NCBI GenBank assembly: GCA_000708835.1
Contig: DF237225.1
Coordinates: 50,784-114,783 of the forward strand
Direction: 5' to 3'
DNA from: Klebsormidium nitens
Taxonomy: Eukaryota; Plantae; Klebsormidiophyceae
DNA: 64,000 nucleotides
In this document: positions 46,687 through 59,600 of the stretch, piece after piece
How the letters are laid out: each line of letters starts with the position of its first letter
Numbering within the stretch: the first letter of the stretch is position 1
The notes under the pieces: generated by a model
What the model was told of the DNA's origin: nothing
The model's input: only the letters and a program-made list of their open reading frames with translations
Databases searched by the model: none
Translations under genes and position numbers: made by a program

Positions 46687-49526
46687 CTGCAAACGAGAGC
46701 GAGCAGTCAATCCACGGTTTGGCAGGCGCTCTTGAAATAGACGGAGATTCCTGAGGATGAGCGCGGATTTATTAGTCAGTTCCTGCATCCATTCTACAGG
46801 CAGCAGAAATTCTCTATAGGATAAACATCTTTCGAAAAAACCATTGTAAGCGAAGGCCTCAATCTGCTAAGCTGGATAAAGGCACACCTCGAAGGAGACT
46901 CTATGGCTGATTTCTAAATATACTCAAGCATACAATCGTTTTTGGCTTTTTATCATCGTTCTATCTAGACAACAATGAATAGGCACTCATCCAAACTCGA
47001 AATTGATGTGCCTACAGGAAGGCTATTAGTAAGACAAATGAGGGACGTACGCGTCAGTAGGCGTTTCTTCTTCGCCCATCCTGTACGTGGAGTGGCAGTC
47101 AAAACTGCTCACCGACCACTTCTGGTAACTGCAAGAGGAGACACAAGGCTGAATGCACGAGCAAAGACAGTTTCCCGGTTTCCAAGTGCAACCTTCCTTT
47201 GCAGCGCAATCTCTCCCGCAAACTCGATCACTGCACCTTGAAACCTCGGGAGTCAAACTCCTTGAAAGATGGTCATACTTCCTGACAGGAACGAGGTTTA
47301 AGGGATTGGATGGCTTCTACGGTAGAGAACAAATGTCAGCACCTTTTACTTTCCAGGGACCTTTACATTAGGACTTGCGCTCCACCAACTCGATCTTGAA
47401 TTCCTGCTTCTCATTCCTTGAAAGTAAAGGCAAAGAGCTCTCCTCAATGTGTTCTTCCACTTGTACCTCAGGGCTGACGAGGCAATTCCAGAGGAAGCAA
47501 ATCCAATCAGTCAGGTTCTCAGCTGTTTGAAATCTTCGCAGCCCTGTCAAGCTTGTCCCACAGGAGGCGCTATCAATACATCATCCAGGTAAGATGCTGT
47601 CTTCCGCTCTTAAAAAGGAAGGATGCGGTGCTTACCCAAACTTCGACCACCAACCACGCCTGTGATCAGATCCTTGACTTCACCTTGTGTCCCGACTCCA
47701 TTCAACCGTAAATCACCTTCAAGCTCTCCGCTCTGAACGTCGTTCCCTCAGCTGAGCATTCAGAGCCTTCCGTCAGCTCTCGAAATCTCCCGGCTTGCAG
47801 ATCTAATGTCTCCGATGAGGTTGAGAAGCAGCTTCAGACCGTTACAACGAACATGCACAGCCCTACTATGGGATGCTGAGAAGTTCTGCCCGACAGGAAG
47901 CACAGTCAGCTATGGCTTTTGACTTCGTACCCGATACTCCCTTGTTCTCCTGAGAGAATGCTGCAGAAATGTCGCGCGCAGAGCGCCTGACACCTTTCCT
48001 GAGGATCTAGCTATATATGGAAGAGCCGCAAGCCGCATGGATTCAAGGTATCCGAAGTTTACCGAAGATGGCAGCTGTTTCAAAAGTGATTGCACCTACT
48101 ATGCAGTGAACTGATCTCAGAGAGCGCTGATGCAACGCATCATTGAAAATTGAGCTCAGCCTTAATCTAACGAGCCGACGCGCGACGAAGCTAGTTCATG
48201 ACAACACCTTTTGCTTTTTGAATCTCCAAGTGGCGCGAAAGGTGCAAGCTTATCAGGTAATCAGTCACGAGGCTAGGCTACCTGAAACGGCCACTGACGA
48301 TAATTTTGGCCTTTTCACAAGGGACATCGAGACTTCGAATTCGTTGGTTGAAACTAGTAGAACAAACCAGTCACCGACGACGTCTCGTCTTTGACCTCTT
48401 TCACGTCACGTGCGCCGGGCCTCGTGACATGTGCCAAAAGACCCACGACATGCAGCAATGAAAAATGCTCTCAGATGACAAGCACATGAGTGCGCAGGTC
48501 CAGCCCAGAACCAATGATGATGAGATGAGGTATCGAGGTCAGCAGCAGGCCAGTCCAATGTTTTTCGTGCATGCGTCGCCGGACGAGTTGAAGACAGGAG
48601 GGTCGAGAAGACAGGCCGGAGAGGTCCAGCTTGGTCTGCGCTTGAAATCTTCATTGGCGGAGGCCGGAACGGTGAATCTCAAGGGGATCCAAGTCGGGCC
48701 TCCCGGCCACCTGGTGGAGGGCACGCGAGCCCGGGCCACCCGGCCGCCTGCCGCGCCAGACCGGTCAAGCTTCCGCTGCGCTGCGCCAGAAGTAAGCTGT
48801 CGGATCGCACCCCTCGGCCGGAACCGGAGCGTCCCTCAGTTGCGGACACCACAAGACGGTATAATTATTGGACTAGCTAGGCTCGGAGTCGTGGCGCTGC
48901 CAGCCTGGGCCGGACTGGTCTGGATGGCCAGGCCCGTGGGCCACTCGGACACCGTCCGCAAGCGACTCGAGGAGCCTGCTGCACCAAACCCTAGAATTGT
49001 CCGCTGAGAGCGCCAGCCTACCATATGCATGCATTGGCATGAGCATGGGCTCCTTTCACAACATTCTGGAAAGCTAGCGAAGTGAGTTTACATTCACTTC
49101 TTGCTGGCTTTACATTGTTAGCAGTGGCCAATCCTGCATGGCAGCTATGCTTTGCAGAAGCTTTAGTTGACTGATATGTCAGGATGCCAGATCAATCGAG
49201 AAGCTGGAGCTCAAAGTCTAACATTGGGACGTGCCGCATTGACTGGACCTACTAAAGTTCGAACCGCAGTTGGCAGAGCTGCCCGTTCCAGCTCCTCTTT
49301 CGCATTATGAGTGAGAATTGCATTTTCGCACCAGTACATTTTTAGGTGCTCAGGACCCTCACCACAACCTGAAGTTTGCACCTCAGAAGTTGGTTTGCAG
49401 CTTGATAAGAGTGCACCAGCTGCCTCGTCAAAGCTTGAATTTGGATACTACCGAAAAGTGACGCCTGTAATCCAGCTATTGACGCACTCTTGTGGCTCTG
49501 AGATTGGCTGGCCTTCATTTCCATCC

Positions 49527-52500
49527 ATGGAAAAGTCGGGCCAAGCTCACAAGGCACATGGAGCTTCCCTGTTCATCTTTGGCAGCGTCCTGGGAGGAAC
49601 AGGTTTTAAGCCAGGCACTCTATGTAAGTGGAAGCTGGTGGCTGGGCGAGACTGGGTGCTGGTAGCTGGGGCAATCAGCGGGAGCACGCAGTGTGGCATG
49701 CCAGGAGGGGTGAGGTTCCAAAGCTCACTACTGTACCACCTTTTCTTGCCTTCATACAATCCTGAAAGTAGTTTTATCTTTTTAACCTGACTAAGAAAGT
49801 ACAGACAGAGTTCGCTTACAGCTAGTTCCTGATATTGTAAGAAATCTGTGATGCAGCGGTGGTCGCAGCTTTGAGCGGTTTAATCAAGGGTATTATGTCG
49901 AAAGCCCTGCCGAGACGGGTGCTTGATCACTTTCTGTTCCACAAGGAAGTGCTGATTGTGAACTTAGTTCGGCTTCTTTATCTGTTTCATCCTTAGGAGT
50001 CAGATTCCAGCAAAAGTACCCCTTATGACTTTTGAGAACCTATCTTCACAATTACCATCAAGAACGGCATTGATGAAAGGATCTCCGATCGATCAGGGCA
50101 GTGCAGGCTTGTGATGGTTTCGAAAGAATGTTTGCCCTTTGCAACATCTGTTAGAAATGCACAGTATGTACGATCATCCACAGGGGCGGTCATATGTGGC
50201 TAGCTGCAGTGCAGCCACTTCAGGTCCTCCAGAATAATGAGGTGAAAGGAGCCACTTAAATGCGTCCACTTGAACCCGCTAACTTTTTGGGAACTCATGT
50301 TTCAACTCCACTTGAAGCCGTTCTCCTCATCTCTCCCAGAGTCCTCTACTGCCGAACGCCTGTAATTGAGCACAAGCGTGCATGAAGTTAGAGCATTCAC
50401 CAAGGTTCAATGTTTAGCAGGCCGGTCCCAATCCTGAAGCTTTGTGAAAAGGTGATTTGGCAGAATTTCTTAAAAGCTTGCCCTCTCTCGTAGTCGAAAG
50501 TCAGTGCCTTTCGGCCGCAGGACGAGAAAAGCAATGTGAAACCATGAGAGACCTGACCACTAACCCATTTCTTAGGGCCAAAGATGCTGACACATTCCGG
50601 AATCGCTCCCTTGTTAGGGATTATGCACATCTGATCAGACGATGGGTGTCTTTTGCAACTAGGTAGAGGGAGACGATCTGGCGCTCTGGGAGCACCCACT
50701 CAATGTGCACTTCAAGACCCAGACGAGCCAGGGCTGGCCGAAGTTCTGCTTCACAGTCTTCCATCGCAGCCCGTACTTGGGACGGGACGAGTTCCGTGAG
50801 TGAAAGCTTGTGTTTTTCCAAGCTCCTAGCGGTTCAGTTTTTCAAAGACGTGGTACGATCCCATCGGCTCATAAGGTTGAATCAGTGGAAGGAATATGAT
50901 GTGAACAGTCGACTTGTGACACCTTTGTCAATTCAGACGTCCAACACCAAAATCCTTCAAGGTCGTAGAGAGTGACTTTTCCTGTCCGCTGCAATTCCTT
51001 CTCGACGACTCCTTCGTTCAAGTCCAACATGACTAGCTCATTCAGCGGATTGGCGTGATCTTTCTGAACGAGAACTGTAAAAAAAGGACCTGCAAACGGT
51101 ATGATCAGGAAGAAGCGAACAGGGGAATAGTCGGAAGCAAGACATATGCGGTTGGGCATCGTCCGAAGAAGGTGGAGAACAGGACGGAACAGGAACCAAG
51201 AATTGACGTCATATTTGACAGAAACAACGAACCTTCAGAAACAGAGAGACACACAGGATCACAAAAACACAGCAAGACAAGGAGAAAAGAGGCCGATAAC
51301 TGTTTCATGCAAGAAAGTAACGACAGACGGAACTTTGTCTTGAGCAGAGGCTTACGGCATCTGCGCTCTCCCGACCACCGCCGGGGACCACGAGCTGACC
51401 TGTCCGACGTGGCGGCCCAACGACCGGGGGAATCGTCGGGGGGACGAGATCGCGGGCTTCTTCACGGGGAACTTGCCCGAGCTTGCTGATGAGTCCTTTA
51501 TCCACGATCGAGACGAAGCCTTCAGGTGGGTACTTCAATACTTTTGGATCGCTTTTGAAGGGTTGTTTGTCGAGGTGCTGAGCCACGAGTGACAAAGGCC
51601 CCTATGATCATTGTTCTCGCTTAAACTCGTATCGAACGTGATTCGCTTTCAGGTTTTTTTGCGGTGCTTTTGACTTTGACCTCTTGGCTTTGCACATATT
51701 TGAGATCAAGATACTTCCAGTCATTGGCCTTTCAAGCCTCCATGGCAACAAGCACAGCGTTATTCCCTCGATTTGTTATAATGGACTCCGAAGCAATGTA
51801 ATGCGCATTCTCTCGTTACAACACCCTCCGACTTTGCGCAAACCAACTCATTGACCCTGATTCCCTCTCTGCTTGCCACGTGGCAGCGCCTCCATCCAGA
51901 CCGTCGGCATGGGCACGGTCCACCTCCGGCTGAGCCTCCTCTTTAAAGACTTCGACCATTACGCGCCGCTGTCCGGTCTGACACGTGGCGCCTTCTCGAG
52001 CGGCCTGCGCGCCTCGCGCAACTTCACGCGGAGGCGGGTGCGGGAAACCGGGCCTGACGCGGGCCTGACGCAAGAGGGGGCGGGTGCCTCGGGGGACGAA
52101 GCAACCGGGCAGGAGGAGCGGAATTCCGCTTTTCGGTCGCAACGGAAAGGGGAGGTGTCGGAAGGGGAGGAGCGGCGGCGGGCGCAGCTCGCGGACAGAA
52201 TGATTCGGACGGTTACTAGAAATAGGGTTAGGGACACCGACTCCGAAAGGGAGGGAGAGGGGTCTACCTTTGAGTCGAGGCGGCTGTCGAGGTCAGGGTC
52301 ACACAACCGGGCGGGTCTAGAATCGGGTTCGTCGACAGACCGGGTCACCGACAGAGTTACGAACAGGTTTGCGGACCGGTTTGAGACAGACAGGGTCAGC
52401 GAAAGGGTTACAGAGAAAACAACCGAGCGCCGCCAAAGCCGAAGGAGCTCTGACGTCACCTCCGATCGACTCCTCTCACCTGAAAGAGCAGCCGACTCGT

Positions 52501-55041
52501 CGTCCAGCCGAAGACGATCTTCATCCGGGGGGCCAGAGAGCAGGGTGCCCGACCCCCTCGCTTATGGGGAATCTCGCTCCAGGGGGCCAGAAAAGCGGGG
52601 TTCTGACCCTCCCAGCGAAGCCCGCGGAGTGTTCGCGCGACTGGGGCGATGCTTGGCGGAGGAGGGCGCGAGCGCGCGCGCGCTTTTCGAGGGCGCGGAC
52701 GCGGACGCGAGCGGCGCGCTCAGCCGGACGGAGCTGCGGCGGCTCGTGCAGCGGATTTTGCCGGGGGTGTCGGCTCGCGAGCTTCAATACGTTCAGGTCA
52801 GCTCTTTGGGCTTTCCATCTTCTCGGCAGGGCCAGTGGTTTTTGGCTCTTTTTGAATTTGTCAAATGAAAAAGAGCCGTGAAAGAACGTAGGCTTTGCGG
52901 GATCCTCGGCCCGCGAGCTCAGATGCGTTTAGGTGAGCTCTTAGGGGTTTCAGATTTTAGAGCTTTGAAAATCGAATGTTGAAGGATCGAAGCTGAAGCT
53001 GCGAGCGGGGTTTGCGGATTTACAGTGGAGCTACTGTCATTCCTCGCGAGAAACAGGCCGCTAAAGCTTATAGCACCACATCCAAAGCGAAAGCATCGGT
53101 GCGCAGTCCGTAATGCGGGCCAGAGATTCGCGCGTGTGCAAGCGAACCGTCGTCCTCATTCTGATCTGCTGCTGAGCAAACGTGATAAGGCAATCCCCCC
53201 CCACCAAAGATTGATAATGCATTGCGGCCTCAAAGAACCTGCTGCGAGTGCGGCGCCGGACGCGTCAGTTGGCCTTTGGGAAAATGGAATACGAGATTCA
53301 AATCGTAGAACAAACAATGTGCAAGAGCTGCCGATGTCGATTTGCTGAGGCGTTCTCTGCGGACGTCCGCAGCTCATGTTGGACGAGGGCGGCACCGGAC
53401 GCGTCACGTGGCCCGAGTTCGAGGCGCTTGTCCAGGCGTGCGCAAGCAGCGAGCAGGCGTCCCGGCAGCAGATCCGAGTCGGCTCCGCGGAAGCGGACGT
53501 TATGCGGACGCTGGTGAGCTAACATTGGATCGCCTTACGTCTCTGTAGCGCAACCTGCGGATTGGGAATACTCCTTGTAAGCAGCCGGTCCTTGTTCTAG
53601 TACGACCCGCCCGCATTTGCCCCCTGCTTTGGCGGCGGTGATGAAGCGGCAGCCTGAAGGAGTTTTTCAAGGGCGTTGAAGGAGACTCTGCCTGTAAAGC
53701 GAGGGACGCACTGCTCAAGGAGCATTTTAGTTCCGCTGATTATTTGAACTTCCATTCGCCGGTGTGAACTATGTTCCCGAAAGTCGCGGGAAAGCAGGTT
53801 TCGAGATTCCGGACAGCCACTGAGACGACTGCTTTGGGCGCTCGACGCGCTTATGAAGCCGAGATTCTAACGCGCTGCGTTCCCGTCGACATTGACAGCG
53901 TTTCATCGCGTCGGACGACCCGGCCCGTGTGCGCGCGCTGTTCGACCAGTACGACCGAGACAAGAGCGGTTATCTAGACCAGGTCAGCATGCCACGTAGC
54001 CTTTTCAGCTTTCTCTTTGAACGAGATTCGACCATTATGATCGAAACACAAAGCGGTTACCTTGACCGGGTCAGCACGCCACGTTGCCTTTTCAGCTTTC
54101 TATTTAATCGAATGCGACCAGTACGACCGAGACAAGCGCGGTTATCTAGAGCAGGTCAGCATGGCACCACCATCTCCTTCCTTTTCAACCGCTTCTTATA
54201 GCAGCTAAAATTGGTCTTCGGTCCGGTACGCGGCGTTCTTTCGGGGGGGATTCTCCGTTCCGTGCGTCGAAGATGCTTTGGAAGGCACTTTCGGTCAGCG
54301 ATCTCGAAGCGTTTGTGGACTGGCTTTTGCAGACTTGTCAAAAGGAGCACTACGTTGTGCGCTTGAGAGGGATGGTGTGATAGCGCGAAGCGAACGTTGA
54401 CGTTAGCTTATGGAGCGAGCAGCGACGGACGGTCGGCTTCTGTGTGAATACGACGCTTGAAAGTGTTGCTACGATTCCACGCACCTTGTGAGTGGGACGT
54501 CATGCGCTGGCTATTCTCTTCCGATCACATTGTCCTCGACTGGCATTCGAGGGATAGTTTGCGCATCCTTGATTTCCAGTGATCGATTGATGCAAGTCTG
54601 GCCTTGTGACAATATTTGGAAAGGATATGGCTCATCGCCCAAACCTATCCGTTTCGCGGTCTGCCTTCACCCCTCTGAATGCCACGCCTTCCCGGCTGAA
54701 GGCCGATCTGAAGGCCGATCTCCTCGTAGAATCTCTCGAGGAATGTGGGTGCTTTTGAACTCAAAGTGCTCACTCGTTTGCTTTTTATCTTGATTTGCTC
54801 AGAACCTCGAGCCACTTGTAACCCTCGGACTGTTTGGAAAGGCTTTGTCGGGCGTTATTGACCATGCAAATTGAAACGGTTGTTGACGCAGGCGGAGCTA
54901 CTATCAATGATCAGGGACCTGATGCCCCCCATGGACGTCCGAGACCGTCGATTCATCATCGCCAATCTCGCGTTCCGAATGGACGCGGACGGAGACGGGC
55001 GCATTCGATTGGACGAACTGCTTGGAAAGCTCAAGGAATAG
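49527..55041 (+). CDS. B9D2: B9D2/MKSR2-like B9 (C2) domain protein fused through an R/S/E-rich linker to four EF-hands; exons 49527-49709, 50663-50795, 51348-51525, 51887-52796, 53373-53513, 53899-53982, 54892-55041
   Basis: Spliced text: SLFIFGSVLGGTGF...LCKWKLVAGRDW.LVAG...GSTQ; ALWEHPLNVHF.TQTSQGWPKF; AYGICALPTTAGDHELTCPTWRP; IQTVGMGTVHLRLSLLFKDFDHY. This follows B9D2 along its length. EF loops are DADASGALSRTE, DEGGTGRVTWPE, DRDKSGYLDQAE and DADGDGRIRLDE. All exon lengths and phases close correctly. Confidence 0.85.
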
Positions 55042-55869
55042 AGGCCAGATCTGCCGGCTGCATGATTTACGTAGATACACACGATTTGCAGCTCTTATGT
55101 TTGCACAAAACTTTAGATGATAAGACGGCCTTGAAGCATGAAGGGACTTGTACCACTGGTATATCAAGAACAAGGGCAGAATGTCGAATAATTGACCGGT
55201 TCGCTTCTCGGTAGATGTCCTCTCGAGAGATCTAGTCGCAAGGCGCGGCTGGACCGAGGGCAGCTTGACTCCATGGTTTGCAGACCGACTGGAACCTATA
55301 GTCGGTCCCGACTTTCGAGAAGCACGGCTTAGAAATTGCACATGTGCAAAAAGCGTGGGGCAAGTTGCTGCTGTGAGCTGAAGAAGTCGCTTCTTACTTG
55401 ATTCCAAGCTGGGAGTTTGATCGGTAGAATGTATACCCAGAATCAAGTAGACAAGCCAGCTGGCTTATGATGATCTTTGAGTGTCAGTTATTGCTCGATC
55501 TCATGTAAACCTGTGACCAGCCCGGCCGTAAGACATGGATGTAGATACCTGTCTAGTTCGCCGGACAGGACCGTCCGACGAGTCCCGCAAGGACATTTGG
55601 CCGGATCTTATGTACGGTAGTATGGGCCCATGCGAGGCTAGCTCTGTCCATGGATGACGGTGAAGACGGAAGGAGATTCCTCACCGATTTTGCCTTTTGG
55701 GACATGTCATGCAAATCCGAGCAGAACGAGGATAACCGTAGTCACGGCGGGGTGCCGCTGCGGGCCTGAGGTCAGACGGACTGTGAGTGGCTGACTCGAG
55801 TGCCACGCCGCCCGCTGCGGCTCGGTGCGGGTCACGTGCCAGGCAAGCGCAATCTCAGCGGCCCGGCGG

Positions 55870-56060
55870 CACCTAACCATCTGTTGAACGGCATAAAAAG
55901 GGTCCAACCAGATAGCGCCACGTGTCCCCCCGTTTCAGTTAGGCTCGCTGCCGCGCCGCGCCTAGGTCGCCTGGAATGCCCAGGCCGCCGCCAAACCGGG
56001 GCAGCAGAGGGCGCCAGTTTCGGCACCCTAACTGAGTGGGTGTTGTTACCGTCCGATCGT
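55870..56060 (+). repeat. Dispersed repeat with GCCACGTGTCCCCC core, copy A
   Basis: Aligns with 61880-62030 (ggcgccagttt...tgagtgggtg.tgttaccgtc) and 62220-62300 (aaagg.ccaacc..ata.cgccacgtgtccccc...tcgctgccgcgccg). Confidence 0.8.
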
Positions 56061-56605
56061 GGCTGAGTCGGGAGCCGCAATGATACCACCATCGATTAAC
56101 TCTCTTGGTGGTTGTAATTGTATGAAAGCAGGGCACAGAACTGCCCGACCAGCAGTTCTGGAAGCTTACTCGAACTCGGTACTCTAAGGCTTAGCATAAT
56201 ATAGAAAGGAAGAGCGACGCCACGTAAGCAGGATAAGCCGGGAGCAGAAGTTCTTGCATGTGTTAGGCATGTCCTGGGCTCGGATTTTCACCGCCGAAGC
56301 GTTGCGGAACTGTTTGCGGAAAGCGCGGAAACCATGGCGGAGAAGAGCGGAATGCGCGGAGCAAGGCAAAAGCTTGCGGTCCAAGCTTGGATGAAAGAAG
56401 AAGCACGCAAGTTGCAAGTCGTGGAAGCATCATTGGACACAAGCTAATGCGCAGTTTCGTGCAAAAGTAATTACGCGACAAAGTCAGGCCTCGTCGGCGC
56501 TCATGCGCAAGCGCAAGTCTTGAATATAAGAAAGATTGAACTGAGCACGTAAAGATTATTTTCAGTCCCTTTCACAAATGCCACCACATCTCCATAAGCC
56601 ACAGA

Positions 56606-59600
56606 CTATCTAGGCGTAACAAACCTCGAAGCAACCAACACCGTGCTCTGATTGTTCGCAAGTACGTTGGAGGACGAGCTCAGGCTACCCACTAACGGAG
56701 ACGATCCCTCCGAATCCCACAAATCTTCCTCTCTGAAACTCGAATCAACAACTTGTACCAGCGCCAGTTGCGAACCCACGCTTTCCATATTTGGTCTGGC
56801 AGAGGGGTCCGTTCGCAAGCAAGCCAGAGCCACATGAATGTAGTTCCGGGCTTCGTTCACGTCATAATCATTCCCAAGTTTTGGGTCGACCAGCTCCAAT
56901 ATCTTGCCCTCCCTGGTCATGTCTACGGCGATCTTGGAAAGGCGCTCCATTACTCCGGACCTGATCTGGCTCACCACCGGACGCCCGCTCACGAGCTCCA
57001 GGAAGAGCATGCCAAAACTGTACACGTCGCACTTGGGGGTCAAGAAACTCGCCCCACCATGCAGGTACTCTGGGGCCATGTATGGCACCGTCCCCTTGAC
57101 CATGGTAGAAGTCTTCCATCCCGAGTCCTGGACTAAGTGTGCGAGCCCAAAGTCGGCAATGCACGCATTCGCTATCTCGTCATCAGTAAGCAGAACGTTG
57201 GCAGCCTTGATATCCCGATGCACGATGGGTGGCCGGATGTCGTTGTGGAGGTAAATCAGCCCTCTGCAGACGCCGCGCGCAATGTTGATACGGTCAGCCC
57301 ATGACAACACCGGCTCCCCATCTCTCGGATCGTGAAGGCGTCTGTCCAGGCTCCCCCGAACAAAGTGCTCGAACACCAACAGTCTCTCCCCCCTATCCAC
57401 GCACACTCCCAGGAGAGGCACAAGGTTCTTGTGCCGGACCTTGCCAAGAGCCTCGACCTCCGCTTTCCAGGACCTCTCTTCGATGTCTTTGCGGCCAGGC
57501 CTTGACTCCAACCGTTTCACAGCGATGACCGACCCGTCCTCGAGGACACCCTTGTACACGATTCCAAACGACCCCCTTCCAATGATGTTGGTGCCGTTGA
57601 AGCTGTCAGTGCCCTTTTGCAGTTGCTTGAGAGTAAAATGCTCCTGACGAGGTTTGGAGACCGGGTGCTGGGGTGTTGTTTTCCCTAGCGTTTCGTCCTT
57701 GCCCCCTTCCTCCAATGTTGACTGTAGGCTTGACCTACGTTTCTTTTGCCGGTACAGGCAGAATAAGCTCAGGGCTGCAAGGGCCAGAAGAAGAGCTGCT
57801 CCAGCAAGAACCCCGCCTATGACGGGGCCAATAGTACCAGCAGAATCGGGTGTTGCCAAGGCTGCAATGGTTGCACGAGATCAAAAGACATGAGCCACAC
57901 CTGCTGGAGTTTTGCCAAGAATTTCTTAAAGAAAACCTTGTACAACCTCGCCTGAGCAGGCGCCCAGTCAAGTCTTCCATCAGGAGAGGCAAAGGATAGA
58001 AGGTGGCGACTTAGACCAGAACTCGGGTTTTTGCAAACAATTAACATAGTTCTAGCTCTTACATAAGCACAAAGATGCTGCTCTTACCCGGAGCAGGCCC
58101 TGGGATAGGGGCAATAGCAGGGGCAATTGGGCGGGCTGTCCCTGCAAGCACGAGCGAAGCACGACTTACATGTGGTGTGTTACAGGCATATGGAAGTGCT
58201 CATTCCCTCGGATCTCGTGAATTTCAATCAAAGAGGAGCGCTCGAGCAGTGTTGTGCGCTGTCTCTGTGACTAGGTCATAAGGGCTGATGACGCTAGAGC
58301 ACCTTCTTACCCGTGACTGCAACAAGGTTACAGTAATTTAATTCTCAAACGCAGGTCCCATTTTAGGAGTCCAGCAGGATTCTTCAGGAGACTTCGCTAG
58401 GTCACTTGACTCACACATAAGAGCCCAAGACAAGCCCACGCAAAGGAATAGCCGTTTACCTTCTGTAACAAAAACATTGCCAATAACCGGCCCATTCCCC
58501 TCCTGAGTCAAGGACGTGAAGACCAAGGTTGTGGCGGACGCGGTCGCCACGAAGTCAAACACCTTAGGCAGGTAGCCCATCTGCTCCACAGTCGTATTGG
58601 TGATGTCAAAAGTGTAGTTCTGGGTGGCCCCGGCCTTCGAGACCTGGAGCGTTTTGATGGGAGAGCCGGTAGGAGTGCCCGCCAGGTAGAAAGACACGGT
58701 GTAAGAGGACCCAGGCGTTGTGACAAAATTCTGAAAAGACAGAGGGACAAGGGTTCAGTGGTCTACATGTCCGGCCTTCAAGTACTCAACAAAAACTGCG
58801 GCTCTGGAAGCAGACAGAGAGTGACCAGATTTTTGGCTCCAAAAGCGACCGGTTCTTAACTTTTCTCCTATTCACAAGCCTAGTATGACAAACTTTATTT
58901 CCTGCCAGGGAAACTCGCTTCAAAGCTTCTAACTTTGAACCAATGCAGGCAGATCGTCCGAGGAAGTATGGCAACTCCTTGATCTTACACTGACCAAAGC
59001 GATGGCGCTCTCAGCCACTTACCACTGGTTTCCCCCCGACCATCAGACAAGCGAGTGACCGACTCTGTTCCAACTGCTTGTAACAGAGGAGAAGCTTTCA
59101 GACTCTTTGTGTGTCTATGAGAGTCTGTCTTTTTGCCACAGAATTTATGGCAATTGATGGCAATCCAAGAACCGAAGGAACCCATACTAACAGTGCTCGC
59201 AAGTGACTGACCTGCTGAATGGACCCTGCCTCGTTTCCGGAGCAGTCGAGGCTGTACGAGGCACCAGGAGGCGCTTGCCATTGCCTCGCAGAAACATAGT
59301 CAACGGTCCCAGCAGTAATAACCCAGCCAGGAATGACGTCACGTGAGCTGAACGTTGCGTAGCCGCCGGAGTTTAGAGCAGAAAACCCGGGGAGGGCAAA
59401 GTCACCATTTGTGAAGGTAGGATCTGGAGAGGAGCACGGAAGATAAGTAAAGAAAACCAAACAATTGATAATCTGGTGGGGCACTTACAAGGGGGGTTGC
59501 CCTAACCAACTCAAAAGCTTGAAAAAAGCTCCGAAAAATTCCAAGGATTCATCAATGCACCAAGCCCTCCTGCCCAAATTCCGGAATCTTCAACTGCCGG

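Noticed and set aside
50621-51595. Minus-strand ORFs (MSLVAQHLDK..., MEKHKLSL...) that look like a spliced gene
   Set aside because: They are the antisense shadow of the plus-strand B9D2 exons, which have family motifs and phase-consistent splice sites.
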